This document shows positions 7,612 to 17,211 of a DNA stretch of 60,161 nt, in pieces. The position numbers and the translations under genes were made by a program. Each line of letters begins with the position of its first letter. Positions within the stretch are counted from its first letter, which is position 1. This DNA is from Candidatus Fraserbacteria bacterium (GTDB lineage Bacteria; Bipolaricaulota; Bipolaricaulia; RBG-16-55-9). The notes under the pieces are model-generated. The model was not told the origin of the DNA. It searched no databases and saw only the letters and a list, made by a program, of their open reading frames with translations. Location: contig JBBIPG010000005.1 in the NCBI GenBank assembly GCA_037442925.1, positions 1-60,161 on the forward strand. The letters are read 5' to 3'.

Positions 7612-9311
7612 GGATGCTCGCTCATCTCCTTAGGTCTCATATGCTTAAGTTCAATGATGCCCTGAGCAATCTCTTTGAAGATGGGTCCGGCTGTCTGCCC
7701 CCCATAGTAGAGCTTTGCCCCTACTTCGTCTAAGACGACCAGAATCACATACTGAGGATCTGATGCGGGAAAGAAGCCTGCGAAGAGAGACGTGTATCTG
7801 CCCTTCACATAGCCTTGGCCGGGGATGGCCTTCTGACCCGTGCCTGACTTGGCAGCAATTTCAAAGCCATCGATCTGCGCTAAAATACCTGTCCCGTCTT
7901 CCACAACGAGCTTCATCATGTCGATAAGTGCCTGCAGGTTTGCGGGCGAAGCGACGGGCTCACCAGATGGGAGACTCACATCTTCTGTCAGTGGCTCGCC
8001 TTTAGGCGAAATGACGCGCTTTGCGATCTCCGGAGGGCGTAGCCAGCCTCCGTTGGCGATGGCTGCATAGCGAGACGCCAGTTGTATTCCCGTGACAGCG
8101 ATACTCTGACCGATGGCGATGGAGCCAATCTCCAACGCAGACCAATCTTTCAAAGCTGGAAGAACCCCAGATTCTTCACCCGGCAGACGCACTCCCGTCT
8201 TCTCCCCAAAATGCATGCGCTTTAAGAAGCCATAGAGTCTTTCTTCCCCCAGCTTCTGCGCGACGCGGATCATGGCGGTATTGACGGAATCCTTCATGAT
8301 CTGTGCGGGTGTGATCCAGCCGTAGTTTCTATTCTCCGAGTTGTGGAAACGGTGCCCCGCAATCACCACCGGCTCGTTCCCGTTGAATCGCTCATTAAGA
8401 TCCACGACTCCGGCTTCCAGGGCCGCCAGCATGGAAAAGACTTTGAAAGACGATCCCGGCTCGAAGAGTTGAGTGACGGCGGCATTCTTGCGCGCCAGAG
8501 TGGATGAGCGCTCAAAGTCATTGAGGTCGTATGTCTTGTCCTGTGCCATGGCCAAGATCTCGCCTGTCTTAGGATCCAACACGATGGTGAAGCCGCCCTT
8601 CGCTTGCTGTCGGCGAACACCAGCACGAATGGCTTCCTCCGCGAGATGCTGGATACGGGCGTCCAGCGTAAGATACAGATCCGCGCCAGGGGAGCCCGCC
8701 TCCAGAAGGCGATCCGCAAGAACGATCCCCCCTCCTCCTAGCACTACTTCATGCTTTGCCTCTCGACCTCGCAAGAACTCATCGAACGATAGCTCAACGC
8801 CTTCCAGCCCCTGGTTGTCGAGCCCTGCGAATCCAATCACGTTGGAGGCCAGACTCCCTTGGGGATAGACCCGCTTCCATTCGGGGAGGTAGATCAACCC
8901 CTGGATGCCTTGGGCTTCGGCCTCGCGCTGGAGCGCTTGAGCCACCTTAGGGTCGACCCTGCGGGCGATCCAAGTGAAATATGCTTGCCGATAGACGAGT
9001 TCCCGCGCCTTCGCGGGCGAGAGCTTGAGATAGCGCTGGAGGAGCGACTCGATCAGTTCGGGTCTCGTCATCTGGAAGTTGTCGAGCGCAATGGAAGTGG
9101 CGCGCACGTCAAATGCCAGTAGCAGCCCATTTCGGTCGTAGATGCGCCCGCGCGGATGGCTTTGGATCGTCTCGCGCACTTGAATCTGGTCTGCCGCTTG
9201 CAGCCAGCGATCATGCTCCAGCACCTGAACTTGGATGAGCTTGGCTGCGACTGTGACAAAGAGTGCGGCCAGCAGCCCGGCTACCAAGAGGAAGCGGCTT
9301 CGTAGGGTCAT
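7608..9311 (-). CDS. ftsI: Class B penicillin-binding protein (FtsI/PBP3-like)
   Basis: RGRIYDRNG, RVYPQG, GLEGVE, EPGSSFK (SxxK), SVN (SxN), KSGT; start reset to ATG 9311. Confidence 0.92.
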   Translation of the reverse strand: MTLRSRFLLVAGLLAALFVTVAAKLIQVQVLEHDRWLQAADQIQVRETIQSHPRGRIYDRNGLLLAFDVRATSIALDNFQMTRPELIESLLQRYLKLSPAKARELVYRQAYFTWIARRVDPKVAQALQREAEAQGIQGLIYLPEWKRVYPQGSLASNVIGFAGLDNQGLEGVELSFDEFLRGREAKHEVVLGGGGIVLADRLLEAGSPGADLYLTLDARIQHLAEEAIRAGVRRQQAKGGFTIVLDPKTGEILAMAQDKTYDLNDFERSSTLARKNAAVTQLFEPGSSFKVFSMLAALEAGVVDLNERFNGNEPVVIAGHRFHNSENRNYGWITPAQIMKDSVNTAMIRVAQKLGEERLYGFLKRMHFGEKTGVRLPGEESGVLPALKDWSALEIGSIAIGQSIAVTGIQLASRYAAIANGGWLRPPEIAKRVISPKGEPLTEDVSLPSGEPVASPANLQALIDMMKLVVEDGTGILAQIDGFEIAAKSGTGQKAIPGQGYVKGRYTSLFAGFFPASDPQYVILVVLDEVGAKLYYGGQTAGPIFKEIAQGIIELKHMRPKEMSEHP

Positions 9312-9655
9312 GGCGCAAGAGGAGGGAGAAGAAGATATTTGAGCGTGGGGCGGATCATGCCCAGTCGTTGGGTTGCGATCCGTTCCAGGCGCGCGAGTGA
9401 GAAGGCTTGAGCGACTTCGAATTTCAAGTAATCGTTCTCGGTCTGGAGCGCATCTCGTTTCGCCTCGGCTTGATGGAGTTGATTGAGCCAGTAGACCCAC
9501 TGCCACGACTGCCAGAGGTAAAAGAGAGCAAGACCCGTAAGCAAGAGAAGAGAAAGCAGTACCAGAAGACGCTTGCGCGTCCAGAACGTTCCGGCCGTTG
9601 TTGGGCGAGGTATAGGCTTTTCTCTCCCATGCTGCAAATGAAGATCGCGAATCAT
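9308..9655 (-). CDS. ftsL: FtsL-like cell division protein
   Basis: TM, coiled coil and RLERIATQRLGM; lies between rsmH and ftsI; start uncertain. Confidence 0.75.
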   Translation of the reverse strand: MIRDLHLQHGREKPIPRPTTAGTFWTRKRLLVLLSLLLLTGLALFYLWQSWQWVYWLNQLHQAEAKRDALQTENDYLKFEVAQAFSLARLERIATQRLGMIRPTLKYLLLPPLAP

Positions 9656-9731
9656 GATCGTGGCATGTCCAACTGTAGTAGCGTAGATGGCTGATCCCAA
9701 GGACAGGCGTCTCTTGAAGGAGAGCAGAGGG

Positions 9732-10673
9732 TCAGAGCTTGCGCAATGCCCGCAGCCGGGCGCTGCGAGCGCGCGGGTTTTGAGAGAGTTCTTCAGGCGA
9801 AGGCGTTGCTTCACCCAGGATCTCAGCTTCTGGAGTCCGGCCACACTGGCAGATGGGCATATCAGGCGGACAGAGGCAGCCGCGGGCCTTCTCTTTCATG
9901 AAGTGCTTGACGATGCGATCCTCCAGCGAGTGAAACGAGATCACGACCAGTCGTCCGCCGGATGCCAGCCGACGAAAGGCCGCTTCGAGGCCCTCTTTCA
10001 GGTTCCCCAGTTCATCGTTTACAGCAATCCTAAGTGCCTGAAAGGTGCGCGTCGCTGGATGAATGGCTCGACCTTGAAGATATCGGCGCTGGGCGGGCTT
10101 AGGGATGGCCTGATCAATCCATGCCACGAGTTGACCGGTCGTCTCGATGGGTGATTGCTTCCTGATGCGCACGATCTCCGCCGCAATGCGGGAGGCAAAG
10201 CGCTCTTCGCCGTACTCTCTTAGAATTCTCGTCAACTCCTTTTGCCCGTATTCATTGACGATCTCCCGTGCCGTAAGCGAGCTTTTTGGGTCGAAGCGCA
10301 TATCCAAGGGAGCATCCTGCTGAAAACTAAAGCCGCGCTCTGGATCGGCAAGTTGCAGCGACGAGAGTCCCAAGTCGAGCAATACCCCATCGACTTCAAC
10401 AATCCCCAGCTCATCTAAGATCTGTTCGAGATCTCGGTAGTTGGCGTGCACCAGCTCCACTTGATCGAGATGGCCCCGAAGTGTTTCACGAGCGATGCTG
10501 AGCGCCTGAGGGTCGAGATCGAGGGCAATCAAGCGCCCCTTCGTCAGCCTTCGGGCGATCTCAAGCGCGTGGCCGCCGCCACCCACCGTCGCATCCACAT
10601 AGATCCCATCAGGTCTAAGAGCCAAGTACTCGATGGTTTCACGAAGGAGCACGGGTTGGTGCCTCATATTCAT
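9732..10673 (-). CDS. rsmH: 16S rRNA m4C1402 methyltransferase
   Basis: HQPVLL, DATVGGGGH, DLGLSS, ISFHSLEDR, NPRARSARLR. Confidence 0.97.
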   Translation of the reverse strand: MNMRHQPVLLRETIEYLALRPDGIYVDATVGGGGHALEIARRLTKGRLIALDLDPQALSIARETLRGHLDQVELVHANYRDLEQILDELGIVEVDGVLLDLGLSSLQLADPERGFSFQQDAPLDMRFDPKSSLTAREIVNEYGQKELTRILREYGEERFASRIAAEIVRIRKQSPIETTGQLVAWIDQAIPKPAQRRYLQGRAIHPATRTFQALRIAVNDELGNLKEGLEAAFRRLASGGRLVVISFHSLEDRIVKHFMKEKARGCLCPPDMPICQCGRTPEAEILGEATPSPEELSQNPRARSARLRALRKL

Positions 10674-11785
10674 ATCAATCCATCCAAGCGCCACCACATT
10701 CGCGTTATGCCTTTGAGTGGATAGGACAGCTCATACCAGATTTTATCTAAGGCTCGATAGGTTTGGTGATAGAGCGCTTCGCCCGCACTGAGCAGACCCA
10801 CTCGAAGTTGAGGGTCCACCGTGAGCTGGAGCAAAGCTTCTACCAGATTGATGTTCGTTGCCTGAGCAGGGGTAAGAAGCGGGAGCCGCGGACCACCAGA
10901 GGCTTCGACTTGTTGAACGAAAGCCGCGATTTTCGGGTCATCGCTCAGGGCCAGAAACGGCCGGATGGTCAATAAAGCGAAGATCAGAGAGTGAAGACGC
11001 ATCCCCACAAGCGCCTTGGCGCCGCTGAGGGCCGCGAGCAATTCCTGAGGGTTGCTGAGCTGGCGCACGGACGGGGGGTGCCTCATCTGTGCCGCGATAT
11101 GAACGGCCTCACGGAGATCTTCGTTCGGATGCACCACGAGGAAGACGACTTTGCCTTCTTCGCTCAAGTCATCGAGTTGCCGGACGAGCTTCTCTTTCAA
11201 TTGTTTTGGGAGTCCCCCCTTGAGGCAGACGGCCCAATACGCGCTTGCGCGATCGGGCGCTTTACGCAAGGATCTACAGTGAGGCCAGAAGAGCAGGGCA
11301 AGGTCTCCTCCTACAACCGTGCGCTCCGCTGAGAGTCCCCAAGCCTGCAGGAGTTGCTCACTCGACTCATCACGCACCATGGCGAAATCCACCTGACGCA
11401 ATAGCCGCTGCGCCCATTGGCAGACCAGCTGGTTGTTCAGCGGCCCGATCCCTTGACCGACAAGAAAGACGGGGCAGTTTCTATGTGCCAACGCGATCAG
11501 GCCAAGATAATAGAACGCTGAGCGTCGGCTGGTTCGATCTTGAATGAGCCCACCCCCGCCGCTGATGAATGCTCTTGCGCTTCTGAGTTCCCACAGGATG
11601 TGCCCCAGGTTCCAACGATTGATCGCTCTGACTCGATACTGTTTCGCTGTCTCTTGCGGTGTGGCGGAGAGCACCACGATCTCCGCTCGTCGGAAGCGCT
11701 CTTGCAGTTCCTTGACCAAGACGGCTAAGATGGCCTCATCACCCATGTTACCGAAACCGTAATACCCTGAAATGATGAGCTTCAT
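10670..11785 (-). CDS. csaB: Polysaccharide pyruvyl transferase CsaB
   Basis: ISGYYGFGNMGDEAIL, GGGGLIQD, GQGIGP, GMRLHSLI. Confidence 0.9.
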   Translation of the reverse strand: MKLIISGYYGFGNMGDEAILAVLVKELQERFRRAEIVVLSATPQETAKQYRVRAINRWNLGHILWELRSARAFISGGGGLIQDRTSRRSAFYYLGLIALAHRNCPVFLVGQGIGPLNNQLVCQWAQRLLRQVDFAMVRDESSEQLLQAWGLSAERTVVGGDLALLFWPHCRSLRKAPDRASAYWAVCLKGGLPKQLKEKLVRQLDDLSEEGKVVFLVVHPNEDLREAVHIAAQMRHPPSVRQLSNPQELLAALSGAKALVGMRLHSLIFALLTIRPFLALSDDPKIAAFVQQVEASGGPRLPLLTPAQATNINLVEALLQLTVDPQLRVGLLSAGEALYHQTYRALDKIWYELSYPLKGITRMWWRLDGLI

Positions 11786-11793
11786 AGAGCGAG

Positions 11794-13428
11794 TCAGTCT
11801 ACCGAGCGCGCGGGCGAAAGTCGAAGCAGCGAGCGAAGGGAGAATTGAAGGAGCAAGCCTAAACCTGCTCCAAGCCACAGGCCATGAAACGTGCGCAGAA
11901 GCGTCACCCAAAGGGGCGTATGAAGATGCTCAAAGCTATTGATGATCGATACTTGTCCCAGTAAGCCGGCCAACAGAACGGCAACGGCCCATGGACGCCA
12001 GCGTAGAACTCCCAGTCCGCTCCAGAGCAAGAGCAGTGGGTGCCCGATGAGAAATTCTTTGACGCGTGGGCGCACGATTAGTAGCTCTTCCAGCCAACTA
12101 CGCAGTGCCACTTCCGACTCTGACACGGGCCAGATCGAAGCATTCCCGCTTCGAAGGAGTACGATGACGAGCAGTACCCCCACCACCGCCCCAAGAATCA
12201 CATCCAACGCCCGCAACTGTGCCCACTCGATCTGGTGAAGCACAAGGAGCGCGATGCACACGATGGGTAGAATCAAAGCGGCCTTCACCCCTGGGAACTC
12301 TTGAATCTGCAAGAAGTAAGCATCCGTACTTACGAAAGCAGCAGCCACGAGGCCACCCAAAAGCGAGAACGCTGAGAATGTCAACAAGAACCGAAGGCCG
12401 TTTCCCTCGCCGAAACGCCCGCTCAGGAAGACGAAGGCTGCAACGGGGGTGAGAATCGTTGTGAACCACGCTGCACTTTGCTGCATCAGCTCGCCCAGTA
12501 GAAAGAATCCCACAGGCCCTGCGAATAGTCCCGCCACCCAGAGCACACCCAGCCAGCGGAGCGAAAGCCTAGTCAGCCTCTCCAACAGCAACGTCAAAAG
12601 ACTCACCAGACCCAGCCATACGAGAGCTAATATCCAGGGACTTGGGGCAAAGGATGCCGGTGCAGAGGGCGGGGCCAGGGCGAAACCAGCACGCGAGATC
12701 TCCCTTTGGAGTGACGTGTAGTCTGTGACGATCTGTTCTGGGGTGATCGCTCGTAGCTCCAAAAAACGCACGTTGCGCTCCACCACAGCACGCGCGTAGC
12801 GATCTATTGCCTCACGGTCGCTGAGCTCTACCCGTTCCTGCATCTTCAACGTATGCCCGCGAACGAAACCGTGATATCCCAGCTGATAGAGCTGCTCCAT
12901 GTCCGATGGAGTCGCGAATTCAACGATCCCTACAAGGGCTGAATGCGTTTTCAGCAGTTGAAGTAGCTTGTTGAGGTGCTCTGGATACAAAGTGAAGGGG
13001 GCCATGAAGAGAAGTCCAGCGGGATGCGCCTCGAGGAGCGCACTGAGAAAAGCTTCGAATCTATCCGAAGGAACCCACGCATCGAGCTTCCAGAAGATCG
13101 TGGCGCCGTTCTCCTCTAGTGCTTCCAGCATCTGGTGGGGAATGGCTACTTCGGCAGGCAGAGACGGGAAAAACTGATCATGAAATTCCTGAATCTCTTG
13201 TGGGGAGACCGTGAACGTAGGCGGGCGCTGCGATTCAATGTTCTTGAAGCCCTGAAGATATGACTCTACGGCATCTACTCCCCGTGATTTGTATAGATCT
13301 CCCAAGTTGGCTGCCAGAGTGACGGTGCGATACTGTCCCTCCCATTGCACGCGCGCGGCACCGATCATCAGTGCAGCAAGAACGGCCAGATAGACACATA
13401 GCCACAAGATGCGTGAGAAGAGGTTCAT
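11794..13428 (-). CDS. DUF5693-like multi-TM protein
   Basis: RAVVERNVR, FPGVK, RPRVKEFLIGHP, NSFEHLHTP; usual csaB neighbour. Confidence 0.8.
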   Translation of the reverse strand: MNLFSRILWLCVYLAVLAALMIGAARVQWEGQYRTVTLAANLGDLYKSRGVDAVESYLQGFKNIESQRPPTFTVSPQEIQEFHDQFFPSLPAEVAIPHQMLEALEENGATIFWKLDAWVPSDRFEAFLSALLEAHPAGLLFMAPFTLYPEHLNKLLQLLKTHSALVGIVEFATPSDMEQLYQLGYHGFVRGHTLKMQERVELSDREAIDRYARAVVERNVRFLELRAITPEQIVTDYTSLQREISRAGFALAPPSAPASFAPSPWILALVWLGLVSLLTLLLERLTRLSLRWLGVLWVAGLFAGPVGFFLLGELMQQSAAWFTTILTPVAAFVFLSGRFGEGNGLRFLLTFSAFSLLGGLVAAAFVSTDAYFLQIQEFPGVKAALILPIVCIALLVLHQIEWAQLRALDVILGAVVGVLLVIVLLRSGNASIWPVSESEVALRSWLEELLIVRPRVKEFLIGHPLLLLWSGLGVLRWRPWAVAVLLAGLLGQVSIINSFEHLHTPLWVTLLRTFHGLWLGAGLGLLLQFSLRSLLRLSPARSVD

Positions 13429-13614
13429 CTTGGTCCATTAAACTTTGGAAGGTCGTCGTGCGTCAAAGGGTATGATGAAGCATGACAGGAGTCACCCTCG
13501 CTTCAGACGGATTCCTCTTGGGTCTTCTACCACGGGTCATTCGGCAAGCTCTTTGGAGCTACTAGACTCACAACGAGAAGATCGATAAACGTCAGTTGAG
13601 GGAAAGGAGACAGG

Positions 13615-14085
13615 ATGCATCGTTGGGTTATTGTGGGTCTAGCGCTCTGTTTGATGGTGGGTATCACGTTCTCAAGTCAGGCCATTCCAGTGGTGGATCT
13701 CTCTCAAGGACACGGCTTCGGTTTCGGGTTAGCACTAACGGCGCCCTTCACGCCGCCGGACACGTTCCCGGCCTCGGGGTTCTCCACTCGAGTGTGGATC
13801 GCTGATCTCTTTGGACTTTCGGCGACAATCTTCATCGTCGATGGCGCTCCCAGTGCCACGGCTCGGGCGTTCCTCAAGTTTCTCAACACTTCCATCGTCG
13901 ATCTCTATGTGGGAACAGGAGCGGCATTCTTCGTGAATAGCGGGATGATAGTCGTGCCGCTCCAAGCGGTGACGGGCATCGAGATCCGGCTGACTCCGAA
14001 TGTGGCCCTCCACGCGGAAGTGGGACTCCTCTTCCGTGGTGTGAGCGAAGTGACCTCTGGGTTGGGGGTTCATTTCTATTTGTGA
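13615..14085 (+). CDS. Small exported protein, possible outer-membrane beta-barrel
   Basis: AGGAG RBS, signal peptide, amphipathic beta-strands, C-terminal GLGVHFYL. Confidence 0.7.
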   Translation: MHRWVIVGLALCLMVGITFSSQAIPVVDLSQGHGFGFGLALTAPFTPPDTFPASGFSTRVWIADLFGLSATIFIVDGAPSATARAFLKFLNTSIVDLYVGTGAAFFVNSGMIVVPLQAVTGIEIRLTPNVALHAEVGLLFRGVSEVTSGLGVHFYL

Positions 14086-14144
14086 ACCTCTCCCCGCCCT
14101 AGGGCCGCCCCTCTCTGATTCGGAGAGGGGATGGGGGTGAGGTT
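14085..14144. repeat. REP-like nested palindrome / possible terminator
   Basis: AACCTCTCCCC...GGGGTGAGGTT outer arms; CCCCTCTC...GAGAGGGG inner stem. Confidence 0.65.
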
Positions 14145-14186
14145 TCGTTTGTCACCTCAGTATCCATCCGTTATGATGAGCCTGCC

Positions 14187-15266
14187 ATGGGCAAGAAGGA
14201 AGTTCTAAACTCCGTCCTGGAACAGATCAAGAAGCGCTATGGCGAGGGCTCCATCATGTGGCTGGGGGAGTCCGGCCGCCTGGATATTGAAACCATACCG
14301 ACCGGCTCTCTCGCACTGGACATCGCTTTGGGGATCGGAGGTGTGCCTCGCGGCCGCATTGTAGAGATCTTTGGTCCGGAGTCTTCGGGAAAGACCACCT
14401 TGGCGCTCCATCTCATTGCCGAAGCACAGAAGCGAGGCGGGGCAGCGGCTTTCGTCGATGCCGAGCACGCGCTCGACCCAACATACGCGCGGGCGATTGG
14501 CGTGAATCTTGATCAACTTCTGCTCAGCCAACCCAACTCCGGTGAGCAAGCACTGGAGATCACAGAATATCTCGTGCGAAGTGGAGCCATGGATATCATC
14601 GTGATCGACTCCGTGGCGGCTCTCGTCCCCGAGGCGGAGATCGCAGGGGCCATGGGCGATGCTCAAGTTGGGCTACAGGCTCGCTTGATGAGCCAAGCCA
14701 TGAGAAAGCTTTCCGGTGCGATTCATCAGTCGAAGACGACGGTTGCCTTCATCAATCAGATCCGCTCGCTGATCAGTGCCGGACCCTGGGGGCCAACGAC
14801 GACGACTACGGGAGGATTGGCGCTCAAGTTCTATACCTCAGTGCGTATGGAGATCAAGCGCATCGGCTCTGTTGAGGAGGGTCAAGAGAAGATCGGTAAC
14901 GAGACGATCGTACGGGTCGTGAAGAACAAGCTCGCCCCACCGTTTAAGGAAGCGCGTTTCGATATTCTCTATGGCAAGGGTATCTCCCGCGAGCGGGAGC
15001 TGATTAAAGTGGGCGAGCAGATGGGGGTCATCAAGAAGAGTGGCGCATGGTTCTCCTATGGGAACACTCAACTGGGACAAGGGATGACCAATAGCGCCGT
15101 CGCCTTGGAACAGAACGCGGAACTGGCGAAGCAGATCGAAGGCGAGATCCGTCTCAAAACAGGACTTCTGCGAGAAGGCGAAGAGAAGGTTCCTGCCGTG
15201 AGCGTAGACTCGCAGTCGGATGAGAGAACGGTCAGAAAGCAAGCGAAGAGATCCACGGAGCGATGA
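14187..15266 (+). CDS. recA: Recombinase RecA
   Basis: [42 protein letters not shown]. Confidence 0.98.
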   Translation: MGKKEVLNSVLEQIKKRYGEGSIMWLGESGRLDIETIPTGSLALDIALGIGGVPRGRIVEIFGPESSGKTTLALHLIAEAQKRGGAAAFVDAEHALDPTYARAIGVNLDQLLLSQPNSGEQALEITEYLVRSGAMDIIVIDSVAALVPEAEIAGAMGDAQVGLQARLMSQAMRKLSGAIHQSKTTVAFINQIRSLISAGPWGPTTTTTGGLALKFYTSVRMEIKRIGSVEEGQEKIGNETIVRVVKNKLAPPFKEARFDILYGKGISRERELIKVGEQMGVIKKSGAWFSYGNTQLGQGMTNSAVALEQNAELAKQIEGEIRLKTGLLREGEEKVPAVSVDSQSDERTVRKQAKRSTER

Positions 15267-15711
15267 GCTTTTCCAAGCGCGAGACGATCTTCAGCGCTTG
15301 CTCCGTTTTCGTCCCCGCAGCATCCAAGAAGCCCAAAGCCGTCTGCAACAAAAGCGCTACTCCCCTGCAGTTATCCAGCAAGTGATTCGGGAAGCTGAGG
15401 AGCGTGGCTGGCTCGATGACGCGGCGTTTGCCAAGCTCTGGGTTCAGGATCGCTTAGTGACAAAGCCCAAAGGCAAAGCTTTGCTCAAAAGTGAATTGCG
15501 TGCCAAAGGCGTCGCAAATGAACTGATTGAACAAGCATTGGGCGAAGTCGAGATGGACGAAGAGGAGATCATTCAACAACTGGTCGAGCAACAAAAGGCA
15601 CGCTATCAGGGGGAAGATCGCGCGACTCGCGAGCGCAAGCTACACGCGTTTCTCATGCGAAGAGGTTTTTCACCAGAGGCAATCCGACGGGCGTTGCGAC
15701 GGTTTCTTTAA
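15220..15711 (+). CDS. recX: Regulatory protein RecX
   Basis: Overlaps the recA end; [23 protein letters not shown]. Confidence 0.9.
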   Translation: MRERSESKRRDPRSDELFQARDDLQRLLRFRPRSIQEAQSRLQQKRYSPAVIQQVIREAEERGWLDDAAFAKLWVQDRLVTKPKGKALLKSELRAKGVANELIEQALGEVEMDEEEIIQQLVEQQKARYQGEDRATRERKLHAFLMRRGFSPEAIRRALRRFL

Positions 15712-15764
15712 GGCAGCTTGCTCGCTGAGCTATCCCCATGTTAAGCTCTTCCACGAGGGACATT

Positions 15765-15971
15765 ATGAAGCAACTCAAAGTTGTGGTCGAAAAACATTCG
15801 GATGGTTATGTAGCTTACCCTCTTGGGCTAAGGGGCATTGTAGTTGGTGAGGGCGACACTTATGAGGAAGCCCTGGCCGATGTAAAATCTGCGATTCGGT
15901 TTCATATTGAGACCTTCGGGCAAGACATCCTGAAAGTGGAGTCGCCTGTGCTAGAGGCCTTTGCGCCATGA
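15765..15971 (+). CDS. Orphan HicB-like antitoxin, possibly truncated
   Basis: EKHSDGYVAYPLGL..VGEGDTYEEAL..VKSAI.FH; no hicA adjacent. Confidence 0.75.
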   Translation: MKQLKVVVEKHSDGYVAYPLGLRGIVVGEGDTYEEALADVKSAIRFHIETFGQDILKVESPVLEAFAP

Positions 15972-16019
15972 TTCACAACACTTGATTGATTCATGGAAGT
16001 CCTGCGTGCCAACATGTCT

Positions 16020-17207
16020 TTAAAGTACATACAACAGCTTCCCTCTCACAAACGTCATGACCGGCCACCCCGTAAGCTCGAAGCTCTCATACGGCGACCA
16101 GCCACACTTTGTGGCGAGTCTCTCTCTCTTGACTCGATCCCGCTTTTCGAGATCCACAACTACAAAATCCGCATCACAGCCGATTTCGATACGCCCTCTT
16201 TGAGTGAGCGAAAAGCGCTCGGCAGGACGCGTTGAGAAGACCTCTATCAGCCGAGCCAGCGACATGCTCCCCTTTTCGACAGCATCGAGCATCAAGGGTA
16301 GCGATGTCTCCACGCCGGGCAAGCCATAGGGCGCTTTCTCAAACGGCTGTGATTTCTCTTCTCTGGTGTGCGGCGCGTGATCGCTCGCCAGAATATCCAT
16401 CCAGCCCTCTTGCAAGGCCCACCACAAGAACTCGCGATCCTCTTCGGCTGTCAAGGGAGGGTTCACCTTGAGCCATGCTCCCCGCCTTTCGAGATCCCGT
16501 TCTGTGAAGAACAGATAGTGAGGGCAAGTCTCGATGGTAACATCCAGCCCATCGCGCTTGGCATCTTGCGCCAGCTCCACCCCCTCGCGCGTCCGCACAT
16601 GACAAAGGTGCAATCGGACGCCCGTCTGCACGGCATATTCCAGAGCCACTTCGAGATCCTTGGCTTCAGAAGGTGAGTCAAGCTGCTGCGCGTGCACGGC
16701 CAGTACTTTTCCGGTCTCCGCGACCCTCTGGAACGCTTCCCTCTGCACCGAGCGACGCGCAACGTGAAGGCTCCCCGTCGTCTCACCCATGTAAAGCTTA
16801 AACGCTGTCACATGAGCAGCAAGCTCAGAGAGCCTTGCCAGGTTCTCCGGCGCGATCCCACCGAAGATCCCAAAGTGGATCTGTGATTGTTCTGCCCGAC
16901 GCCGCTGCTCCTGGATCATCTCAAGAGTTGTGATCGGCGGGTCCGTGTTCGGCATGGCGAGAACCGTCGTGACTCCGCCCTTGAGGGCCGCTCTTGCTCC
17001 GCTCTGCCAATCTTCTTTGTAAGATTGACTGAAATCTCGAAAGTGGACGTGGGCGTCGATCATGCCGGGCAGGATCACTTTGCCGGAGCAGTCGATGGGT
17101 TTCCCATCTAGATCCTTCCCGATAGACTGAACATGCTCATCGAACGCAATCTCAGTAGAGACGAGTTTTCCATTGAGAAAAACCTGACCACCGCGTAAGA
17201 CGTTCAT
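16020..17207 (-). CDS. pyrC: Dihydroorotase
   Basis: PGMIDAHVHFRD, MPNTDPP, ETCPHYL, KVNPPL, SDHAPH; next to pyrD. Confidence 0.9.
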   Translation of the reverse strand: MNVLRGGQVFLNGKLVSTEIAFDEHVQSIGKDLDGKPIDCSGKVILPGMIDAHVHFRDFSQSYKEDWQSGARAALKGGVTTVLAMPNTDPPITTLEMIQEQRRRAEQSQIHFGIFGGIAPENLARLSELAAHVTAFKLYMGETTGSLHVARRSVQREAFQRVAETGKVLAVHAQQLDSPSEAKDLEVALEYAVQTGVRLHLCHVRTREGVELAQDAKRDGLDVTIETCPHYLFFTERDLERRGAWLKVNPPLTAEEDREFLWWALQEGWMDILASDHAPHTREEKSQPFEKAPYGLPGVETSLPLMLDAVEKGSMSLARLIEVFSTRPAERFSLTQRGRIEIGCDADFVVVDLEKRDRVKRERLATKCGWSPYESFELTGWPVMTFVRGKLLYVL

Positions 17208-17211
17208 GTGC

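Noticed and set aside
9312-9506. N-terminal extension of ftsI in the ORF track (similar extensions on csaB, pyrC, pyrD and the 18017 ORF)
   Set aside because: They overlap neighbouring genes; family motifs and RBS/overlap patterns support downstream starts
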